Origin: Mobula hypostoma
Taxonomy: Eukaryota
Length of the DNA: 64,000 nt
Direction: 5' to 3'
Assembly (NCBI RefSeq): GCF_963921235.1
Contig: NC_086118.1
Span: 14,200,001 to 14,264,000 of the forward strand
This document shows positions 50,793-61,329 of the stretch, one piece after another. Numbering within the stretch: the first letter of the stretch is position 1; each line of letters opens with the position of its first letter. Both the position numbers and the translations under genes were made by a program. The notes beneath the pieces are model-generated. The model was not told where the DNA came from and did not search any database. It was given only the letters and a program-made list of their open reading frames with translations.

Positions 50793-52759
50793 GTAGGTAT
50801 ATAGCTTTTATCTTATATAGAAGATTCTATGTGCACAAAAACCTTCTGTGTGTTTATGACAAGTAGAAAGGTGATAAAGAGTAATTGAGGGTATTGTATG
50901 GATAGGGATGTTAATGCTGAGGAATATACAATTAGTCCAGTTTCGGTATTGCAAGTCTAATTGAAATTAGAGAACAATTAGAATTAGAATACTTGAAGTA
51001 TTCAAGTTAGACAGTATCTACAGGGAGGGAAACAGAGTTAATGTTTAAAGTTTGTGACTTTGTAAAGGAGGGTCGTTGACTTGAAGTATTAGATCTTTCT
51101 TTCCCCACAGAAGCTGCTTGATTGGAGTGTTTGTAGCAATTTCTGTTTCTAATCTCCAGCATTTGCAAGCCTTTCCCATTGGATTGAATTCTGCAGTAAT
51201 ACAGTTTCTTTTGGTGCGAATGACAGTGAGGAGGAAGGATTTGGGCAGGAAGAAGATGTAAATAGCTGGTCATTTGCATAGACAAATGGCAAATTGAAAT
51301 TATTCCAGGGAAATGTGAGGTAATACATTAGGGGAGGAGCTGCAAGGCAATGAAATATGTAATATAAGGGTGTACATTTCAAGTGTGCAGGAACAGAGGG
51401 TCTTGGAACGTATATGTAAGGATACTTTAAAAATAAAATAATGGGTCAATAAGGTTAAATAACAATAAAATGACAACTTTTCCCAGAGGAATAGAATATA
51501 ATTAGGCCACAGCTTGAAACCTGCATATATTGCTGTTCATCACCTAGCATGAAAGTTGCAATTGCATTGGAGATTATATGCTAGAGGTTTACAAGGATTT
51601 TGCCAGAATGGGAAAATTGTAGATATTAAGATTATTCGGATAAACTGGAGTTATTTGCTCTGAAGCAGCAAAGGCTGAGAAGGGACTTAATTGAGGTGAA
51701 TAAAATTGTGATGGTTCTAGACAGATAAGTACAGTGTGCATTTCCTTTGACAGAGCGATCAAAAGCCAAGAGAGATAATCAGTAGTAGAAGGCATAAGGA
51801 AAAGGCAAAGAGATTGTTTATCACGTAGAGGTCATAATCTGGAATTCTATATGAAGGGTCTCAACCCTAAATGTTGACTACTTCATAATCTGGAATTTCA
51901 CATGAAGGGTCTCAGCCTGAATATCGACTGCCTCATAATCTGGAATTCCACATTAAGGATCTCAACCCTAAATGTCAATTGTCAGTTTCCCTTCGCAGAG
52001 CAGCTGAGTTCCTCCAGCATTTTGCGGGGTTTTTTTGCTCCAGTTTCCAGCAGTTCAGTCTCCCCACATTTAAACAGTACCTGAACATGTGCACAAACAG
52101 TCATGATATTCTGGGCTACAGATGTAGTGCTGGTAGCTGGGATTAGGCAGGTCACCCTTTTTAGGATGATATGAATGTGAAGGGCCATTTCAGTATTCAA
52201 AATAGTTCTGTTGTTCAGTACAGCAGGGCTGAGCAGCCAGTGATTACTGGAGGAACATAACAAGTTAGCCAGTATCTAGGAAGAGAAGTGGACTTTCAAC
52301 ATATCAGGTCAAGACCCTTCATCTAGATGGGCTGATCAGTGCAGATGAAGGGTTTTGATCAAAACATCAACTGATTAACTTTTCTGTTAAGCTGAGTACT
52401 TTTATTTTTTTTTGTCTGAATCTCCATATTTCAATACCTTCAGTGTCCTGAGACTCAGTGTTTTCTTTCAGAGAGTCGTTGAGTACTCTAGCATAGAAAC
52501 GGGCACTCTGTCCCACCTAGTCTATGCTGAACTGTTATTCTGCCTAATCCCGTCAACCTGCACTTGGACCATAGCCCTTCATAACACTCCCATCATACAG
52601 CTGGTAAACACCTCTTAAATGTTGAAATCAAACTGGCATTTATCACTTCACCTAGCATTTCATTCCACCCTCTGAATGAAGAAGTTTCCACTTAGAGTCT
52701 CCTGTAATATTTAACCTTTCACCCTTAACCTGTGACTTCTAGTTCTGGTTTCACAAATC

Positions 52760-54500
52760 CTGCACAAGGACTTCCAAGTCCCTTTGCACTTCAAAAGATT
52801 GAATTTTCTCTCCATCTAGAAAATAGTCTTTCCTTTTATGACCATTCACTTTCCAACACTGTATTCCATCTGTCACTTCTTTGCCCGTTCTCCTAATGTG
52901 GAAGTCCTTCTGCAGCCTCCCTGCTTCTTCAGCACTACCTGCCCCTCCACCATCTTCATATCATCCACAAACTTAGCCCCAAAGCCATCAATGCCATCTT
53001 TCAAAAGTAAAAAGAAGTGGTCCCAATACAGACCACTGTGGAACACTACTAGTTTCCGACAGCCAACCAGAAAAGGCTCCCTTTATTCCCAGTCTTTGCC
53101 TCCTGCCAATCAGCCAATCTTTGATCCATGCCAGTATCTTTTCTTTAAATACCATAGGTATTTAACTTGTTAAGCAGCCTCATGTGTGGCACCTTGTCAA
53201 AGGCCTTCTGAAAATCCAGGTACACAACATCCACCGATTCACCTTTTGTCTATCCTGTTTGTTATTTCTTCAAAGAATTCCAACAGTTTTGTCAGACAAG
53301 ATTTTCCCTTAAGGAAACCATGCTAACTTCACTCTATTTAATCATGTGCCTCCATGTACCCCGAAACCACACGAAGCTGGGTGGCAGTGTTAGCAGTGAG
53401 GACGATGCTAAGAGGATGCAGGGTGACTTGGATAGGTTGGGTGAGTGGGCAAATTCATGGCAGATGCAATTTAATGTGGATAAATGTGAAGTTATCCACT
53501 TTGGTGGCAAAAATAGGAAAACAGATTATTATCTGAATGGTGGCCGATTAGGAAAAGGGGAGGTGCAACGAGACCTGGGTGTCATTATACACCAGTCATT
53601 GAAAGTGAGCATGCAGGTACAGCAGGCGGTGAAAAAGGCAAATGGTATGCTGGCATTTATAGCGAGAGGATTCGAGTACAGGAGCAGGGAGGTACTACTG
53701 CAGTTGTACAAGGCCTTGGTGAGACCACACCTGGAGTATTGTGTGCAGTTTTGGTCCCCTAATCTGAGGAAAGACATCTTTGCCATAGAGGGAGTACAAA
53801 GAAGGTTCACCAGATTGATTCCTGGGATGGCAGGACTTTCATATGAAGAAAGACTGGATGAACTGGGCTTGTACTCGTTGGAATTTAGAAGATTGAGGGG
53901 GGATCTGATTGAAACGTATAAGATCCTAAAGGGATTGGACAGGCTAGATGCAGGAAGATTGTTCCCGATGTTGGGGAAGTCCAGAACGAGGGGTCACAGT
54001 TTGAGGATAGAGGGGAAGCCTTTTAGGACCGAGATTAGGAAAAACTTCTTCACACAGAGAGTGGTGAATCTGTGGAATTCTCTGCCACAGGAAACAGTTG
54101 AGGCCAGTTCATTGGCTATGTTTAAGAGGGAGTTAGATATGGCCCTTGTGGCTACAGGGGTCAGGGGGTATGGAGGGAAGGCTGGGGCGGGGTTCTGAGT
54201 TGGATGATCAGCCATGATCATAATAAATGGCGGTGCAGGCTCGAAGGGCCGAATGGCCTACTCCTGCACCTATTTTCTATGTTTCTATGTTTAACAATTG
54301 ACTCCAACCTCTTCCCAACCACTGAAGTCAGACTAATTAGCCTATCATTTCCTTTCTCTCTCCTCTCTCCCTTCTTGAAGAGTGGAGTGACATTTGCAAT
54401 TTTCCATTCTTCCTGAAGCATTCCAGGATCTAGTGATTCTAGAAAGATCGTTACTAATGTCTCAAATATCTCTTTGGCTACCTTAAGGCAGGAGTGCAGG
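52760..54500 (-). mobile_element. Older minus-strand CR1 hosting a younger CR1 insert
   Basis: CR1 RT sequence at 52760-53370 continues at 54291-54500 (EWKIANVTPLFKKG). Confidence 0.8.
53371..54290 (+). mobile_element. Young 5'-truncated CR1 LINE
   Basis: Uninterrupted ORF2 C-terminus (TKLGG...GAGF, stop at 54198), intact 3' UTR and (TTCTATGT)2 tail. Confidence 0.94.
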
Positions 54501-54777
54501 GTATAAGACATAAAGATTGCTGTAAACACAAAAGGAATCTCTCAAAGATGGGTGTACCCAAAATATTGTTGATGGGATGAACATTATCTGAACAGGTGAT
54601 ATGCAATAGGTGATGTTTGCTCCTTTGAATATGCCTGAGTGGGCGGGGACTTCTGGGTCATCAAGGGAATGGCGGTGTAAGGAAAAGGTCTCTCGACAAA
54701 AAAGAAGGGAACTGCCCCAAAATCGAATTTAGACAAATACTTAATATTGCATAACTATATTAATAAAAGGGGCAAGG

Positions 54778-55764
54778 ATGATGTCTAAGAACAAGAATAA
54801 AAAGTCCGCTTCGAAGGCTGATAAACATAAAGAGATGCAGCAAGGCGACGGGCCTAGCTCCCCCACGGCAAGCCAGGACAGAGATAATGAGGGGGAATCG
54901 GTGACTCTGTCTTTGATTCTCGGAGAGATTCACGAGTTCCAACTAGATAACAGCAAACAGCTGGAAGATATTAAAGGAGAAATAGTAAAAACTAACTCGC
55001 GGATAGATGAAGCCGAGGCGAGGATTGTTGGAATTGAAGAGAAGCTACAAAACGCCGAGGAAGTGATAGCAGAAATGCTGAAGCTACAAGACCAGCTCCA
55101 GTGGAAACTAATAGATCAAGAAGGCCGCTCGAGAAGGGAAAATGTGAGGATCTACGGAGTTCCCGAAGGAACCGAAGGTAAACCCGGATTGATGATTCCC
55201 TTCGTGGAGAAGCTGCTTAGAAAGAACCTTGATATACCGGCCGCAAAAGACCTACAGATAGAAAGGGCTCACCACGCGTTGGCACCACAGCCTCCAGCAG
55301 GCGCCCAGCCCAGATCGATTCTGATCAGATTTCTCAGTTACAGAACGAAGGAAGAGATGCTTAAAAAAGCATGGCAAAAGAAAGGTTTCATGTGGAACAA
55401 CTGCAAAATCAGTTTAGACCATGACTACGCACCAGGGATTCTTGCCAGACGGAAGGAATATACGGAAACACGGAGAGTCCTGAAGGAAAACAATATCAGA
55501 TTCCAGACCCTGTATCCAGCTCGGCTGAGAGTCTTTTACGACGAAGGGACAAAAACTTACGCTACGGTGGAGGAGGCAATGTTGGACCTGGCGGACCGGG
55601 GACTACCTATTAAAGTTATCACCCAACCGGAGTCGCTACTGGAGAGGATTCGGCAGAAGTCGTGGCAGTTAGTGGGGCGAGGACGCTCCACTCGAACCAG
55701 AGTGTCAAACTACAAGGAAAAGCTGCAAATATTCAGACGCAAATGTACAGAGAATACAGATTAA
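54778..55764 (+). CDS. L1 ORF1p (coiled coil, RRM and CTD RNA-binding protein), 328 aa
   Basis: EGRSRRENVRIYGVPE, IERAHH, PRSILIRF and LYPARLRV motifs; no internal stops. Confidence 0.88.
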   Translation: MMSKNKNKKSASKADKHKEMQQGDGPSSPTASQDRDNEGESVTLSLILGEIHEFQLDNSKQLEDIKGEIVKTNSRIDEAEARIVGIEEKLQNAEEVIAEMLKLQDQLQWKLIDQEGRSRRENVRIYGVPEGTEGKPGLMIPFVEKLLRKNLDIPAAKDLQIERAHHALAPQPPAGAQPRSILIRFLSYRTKEEMLKKAWQKKGFMWNNCKISLDHDYAPGILARRKEYTETRRVLKENNIRFQTLYPARLRVFYDEGTKTYATVEEAMLDLADRGLPIKVITQPESLLERIRQKSWQLVGRGRSTRTRVSNYKEKLQIFRRKCTENTD

Positions 55765-56126
55765 TTAAGAGAAATGACTGAAAAGAGTAAATCGGACTTA
55801 AAAGTAAAATGAAAACTGGTAACTGAAAATAAACTAGGCAGAATAACTTGAATGATAGCAATATGGTCGAGACATAAATAGGAGAAAATTCTCTATGATT
55901 ATTCAAACTGCTGAGGGCCCTCTAACACAGGGTGAAGATAGAGGTTATCCCTCTGAACTGAGGCGGGTCGGTGCTCAGGCCTCACTGTGGGAAGTCAGGA
56001 AAAATTTTCAAATGTTATACATTCAGAAATATCTAGGGTGTGGTTATATGTCTTGGTTTACTGTTGAGAAGGGATTGCTTACTGTTTGGTTAGAAAAGGA
56101 GAGTGCTTTTTTTCTACTAGAGAAAA

Positions 56127-59100
56127 ATGCAAACTGAATTGGTAAAAATAATTTCCTATAATGTTAATGGGGTTTTGAATCCAATTAAAAGAAATAAGAT
56201 TATGTCTAAATTGAAAAAAGAGAGGGCACAAATAGCTTTCCTCCAGGAAACACATATGAGCCAATCTGAACATGGAAAATTAAAAAGAATGGGCTTTAAG
56301 CATGTATTTTATTCATCATATAAATTGAGTCACAAAAGAGGGGTAGCTACTTTAATATCAAGTACTCTTAATTATGAACATATTTCAGAGTCTAGAGACA
56401 AAGAAGGACGGTTTGTAAAAATCACAGGAAGAATAGAAGGTACAGAAATAACATAGCTGAATGTTTATGCTCCTCCAGGTAGTGAATGGTCATTTTATAG
56501 ACACATTTTTGACCTAATGGTCAGTTCTCGAGGGGTAGTAATTTGTGGAGGGGATTTTAATATTAGATTAAATCCTATATTAGATTCTTCAAGAATAGTT
56601 ACTCGGAATAAACCTCTGACTCGGAAAGTGAATTCATTGATGGAGGAGTTGGGAATTATAGATGTCTGGAGGGAATTACACCCTACTAGTAAAGATTATA
56701 CATATTACTCTTTCCCTCATTCAGCCTATTCAAGGATAGACTATTTCTTTATCATTAATACAGATAGACTCAGGATAAAAAACTGTAATATTGCAACAAT
56801 TGATCTGTCGGATCATAGCCCAGTCTCTATGTCCCTAATCCTGGAAAGGAAAATGAGGAAAACACTATGGAGGCTAAACTCACATATACTCAATAACCCA
56901 AAAGCAATGGAGAGATTAAGGGGAGAAATCAAAGAATATCTAGACCTTAATGACACGGGAGAAACATCACCAGTGATTTTATGGGATACATTGAAAGCTG
57001 TACTGAGAGGGAAAATTATTTCCATTACTACTCACATGAAAAAAATCAATGCACAAAAATTAGCAGACCTTCAAGGAAAATTAAAACAACTTCAAGTTGT
57101 AGATAGCAACAAAAGTAATTCAAATCGAAAACAGGAAATTAGGAAATTGCAAAGTGAAATTGATGATATTTATACGTTGGAAACTCAAAGAAATTTTCTT
57201 TACCTGAGACAAAAGAATTATGAAGTAGGAGGTAAATCAGCTAGATTATTAGCCTATAAATTACGAAAACAACAAGCAGACGATACAATTCATAAAATAA
57301 AGAATCCAAAGACAAAGCTTGTGGAGAGTACAATAGGGAAAATTCAAGAGAGTTTTGAAACATATTATCGAGAGCTGTACTCCCAACCCCGGGCCCCCAA
57401 TGAGCCCTATATAGACAGTGTATTGAATTTTTTAGATCTACCTAAACTTACAGATTTACAAAATGAAAGTTTATTAGAACCAGTAACTGTCAAAGAACTG
57501 AACGTGGCCATCTCTAGGTTAAAGGCTGGAAAGTCCCCGGGTTCTGATGGGTTTACCTCAGAGTGGTACAAGTCCCTGAAGACACAGTTAGCCCCATTAC
57601 TACTTAACACCTTTAATTGGATCTTGCAGAGAGGAGAAACTCCACCTTCCTGGAGAGAAGCGATTATTTCAGTTATTCCTAAAGAGGGTAAAGATAAACT
57701 AGAATGTGGCAATTATCGGCCAATTAGTGTTCTTAATTTAGATTACAAACTATTTACATCTATATTAGCGCACAGATTGGAAAAGCTTTTACCTGGCCTA
57801 ATCCATTTAGACCAGACTGGATTTATTTAACAAAGACAAACACAGGACAACATAAGGAGAACTCTGCACATATTAGAACAGGTTAATAAGAACAAGACAG
57901 AGACAATGGTAGTAGGATTGGACGCTGAGAAAGCTTTTGATTCGGTTAGTTGGGCATTCCTATACAGAGTGTTAGGAAGATTCGGTTTTCAAGAAAGGTT
58001 TATTAAAGTAACTCAGACTCTATATGACAGCCCTACAGCCCGAATTAAGATAAATGGGGACCTCTCTGACTCCTTCATTTTTAGAGAGAGACACTAGACA
58101 GAGATGCCCAATTTCTCCACTCCTTTTTGCGCTATATATTGAACCACTTGCCCAACTAATAAGACAGAGCGAAATCGTATAAAGGTATCAAGGTGGCAGG
58201 GATTGAACAGAAAGTGGCATTATTCGCAGATGATGTTTTGGTCTATCTGAGTGAACCAGAAAAATCATTTATAGGATTATTTACACTGTTGGATGACTTT
58301 GGGAAAATATCAGGTTATAAAATAAATGTAAAGAAAACGCAGGTTATGTCCCTAAATTATACACCATCCAAAAAATTGCAGGATACATACGATCTTAAGT
58401 GGGAAGCTAAATCATTAAAATATTTAGGAATAACCCTGCCGAAGGATCTTTCAACACTGTCACAGGTAAATTATGGGCCATTAATCTCAGAGATAAAAGC
58501 AGATATGCATAGATGGAATCTTATCCCCTTTTTAAGTTTAAATTCAAGGATAAATACTATAAAAATGAATATTCTTCCTCAGTTATTATATCTTTTCCGT
58601 ACTTTACCAGTGGAGGTGGATGATAATCAATTCAGGGAATGGGACAAATGGATTTCCCGCTTCATTTGGCAAGGAAGGAAACCTAGAATTCGATATAACA
58701 CCTTACAGTTAGGGAAGGAAGGAGGAGGTATGGTTCTTCCTTGCCTGAGAAATTATTTTTATGTCTCACAGATAACCCCTCTGTTATATTGGTGTAATAG
58801 GGAATATAAGGCTAGATGGAAGGAAATAGAATTTGGATTAGTTGACAGTTTTCCTCTTCAGGCCTCAATAGCTGACAAAGGATTGATGGCCCAGTTAGAA
58901 AAATTTAATAATGCTTGGATAAATCTTACATTAAAAGTATGGCAGAAGGTGGTTAATTCATGTGGAATTAATAACATGTTAAAACTCTTTAGATGGTGTG
59001 CATATGATACCGAATTCCTTCCCAACAGAGGAGATAAAAGATTTGAGCTATGGATAAAGAAAGGTCTTACAACCTACCTCTCATTTATAGATAAAAGAGT

Positions 59101-59917
59101 ATTACAAAGTTTCCAAATCCTGCAGGACAAACATGGCCTAGAACATAATGACTTTTTTAGGTACCTTCAAATACGAAACTATGTTAACCAGAGTTGTAGA
59201 TATACAGACCTATCAACAGTAGAATTAGAATTTTTCAAGATTCTGAATTCGGCTTGCAGTTCAATACCTAGTAAATCAGTTTCTCGCCTATATAATGCAC
59301 TCTCCCATGCTAAAAATGTAAATACACTGTATATTAAAGAGAAATGGGAGAAAGAAGCAGGGTTGGTACTTTCAGAGGAGGCTTGGGGGAAAATCTGCAG
59401 CTTTCAATGGTCCTCGACTAATTCTTTGACTTGGAGAGAACATTGTTGGAAAAACATTATAAGATACTTCAAGACCCCATATCAGGAAAAATATAAAGAT
59501 ACAAATGTGATGTGTTGGAGAAGGTGCGGCTCCAAGGAGGCAAATCAGTTTCATATTTTCTGGGATTGCCCTAAATTAAGTCTATTTTGGGAAGGTATTC
59601 ATAGAACATTAGTTAAGGTACTTAGGTCCCAGATACCTCTGAACTTTGAGACGCTCTATTTGGGGCATGTATTGTTCCTTGAACAGAAGGAAGATATAAA
59701 GTTGCTGCAGGCCCTCCTAGCGGCAAGTAAGAAATCAATCACTAGAAAATGGCTAAATCCAATACCACCTACATTAGAAGATTGGTACGAAATTATCATG
59801 GAAATATTTAAAATGGAAAAGTTGACTTACTCCCTGAGAACTCAAAAAGAAACATTTTATCAAATCTGGAATAAATGGATTGAATATATAACCCCAATGC
59901 GAGCAGACTTTAGATGA
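56127..59917 (+). pseudogene. L1 ORF2 (EN-RT-CCHC), inactivated
   Basis: Premature stops at 56454-56456 and 57828-57830, two +1 insertions near 58081 and 58180, and QGCP changed to QRCP. Confidence 0.9.
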
Positions 59918-61099
59918 CTCTCCTAATGATTTATATTGCTCTTCTCATCAACACAGTAATATTGCTAACATAAGCACCCCTAGTCTAAATGTTTGTTTTT
60001 TTTTTGGAAAATAGAGAATTAACACAAGTAAAGGGAAAGATTTGGGAAAGGGATAAAAAAAAATGAAAAAATTACGTAAATAAGTACATAGGGATTGGAT
60101 AATTATGTCTGCGGGCAGGAACAAGCACGAACAAATTGGGATATAAACACCTACAATGGTTGGTATATAGGCTTGTATGCAACATCTTGGACCAGTGGAA
60201 ATGGTCCAGAAGGGTTGTATGGAAACTATTATTACCATTTTTCTTAACAACTAATTTCATTACTTAGCCTAATAGGTTAGATTTACCACAGTACATAATT
60301 ATCTACTTAAATGTTTATTTTCCTTTTATATCATCTCAATGTGTACTTAAGAATGTATAAATAATTGTAGTTTTATACATATAAAAAAATGGAAAAGGTT
60401 ATATGTGTGAAAAAAGTACATGATAATTGTGAATTCCTTATCCAAATAAAAATAAAATTAAAAAAAAAGAATATGCCTGAGTGAGCTTCGACCTTAAATG
60501 ACACGTGCACAAAAAATCACAAACAGAATTCTAGAAGGGTCTTGGTGTGTGCTAAGTACTTAACTGTATTTAGTAACAGAGTTTTTGATGAAATTCAGTC
60601 AGATGTAGTGCAGTACCATTAGATAATGGATTAGAATGTTAGGTTGGTATTGCGGGTCACACGAGATGAAACCATGTAGGCTTTAGGTCTTCTCTGTTTT
60701 ACTGCCTTCTGGGGCATTGAGCTACGTGCAGATTCCATGTTCATCTTGCATACGGTATGTTGTGAGCCTGTTGCTCCACTACCTATGTGAATCAGTATAC
60801 CCGTTATTACCCTTCTTGGGAAATGTTTAGATTGATCTTTCTTAAGCTTTAATCTGTCAATTTTAACTTTCCAGAAATATGTTCAAATTGCTTTGATTTT
60901 GACTTGTAAAGCAGCACCATATAGCAATGTACTTACAGGCTTACTATAGACAGGTTTGACATTGCACATTTCAAGATTGATGTTTGCCTACTTTTTCCAG
61001 TCCTGTAGCCATGATGTGACTAAACTACCCAAGTGCAGCTAGCAGGTAGAATAAACTCAGAACAGCCTGTATAACTGACCATCTTATGTTTCTGCATAG

Positions 61100-61223
61100 T
61101 ACCACTGAAAACATAGCCATCTACATCTGGGAAAACCTACAAAGACGCCTTCCACCAAGTCTACTCGATGAAGTGAAGGTGTATGAAACCAAAAAGAACA
61201 TTGTTGTGTACCGTGGAGAATAA
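61100..61223 (+). CDS. PTS: PTS exon 6: [44 protein letters not shown]
   Basis: gtttctgcatAG | 124 nt to TAA. Total CDS is 95+80+23+57+71+124 = 450 nt = 149 aa. Confidence 0.97.
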
Positions 61224-61229
61224 GGAAAA

Positions 61230-61329
61230 TCCTGACGAAGGGTCTCGGCCTGAAACGTCGACTGCACCTCTTCCTATAGATGCTGCCTGGCCTGCTGCGT
61301 TCACCAGCAACTTTGATGTGTGTTGGTTG
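61230..61329 (+). ncRNA. Penelope pLTR fragment carrying a minimal type I hammerhead ribozyme core in the PTS 3' UTR
   Basis: CTGACGA (61232-61238), A-GGG-TCTCGG-CCT, GAAAC, GTC|GACTG; 12-bp duplication AAGGAAAATCCT at 61222-61233 and 61330-61341. Activity is not demonstrated. Confidence 0.75.

Larger units (their letters stand above)
54642..60468 (+). mobile_element. Full-length L1-clade LINE (~5.8 kb), ORF1 intact and ORF2 disrupted
   Basis: 15-bp TSD GAATATGCCTGAGTG (54627-54641 and 60469-60483). ORF1 at 54778-55764. ORF2 at 56127-59917 has APE, RT (LFADD) and CCHC motifs. AATAAA and an A-rich tail close the element. Confidence 0.96.
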
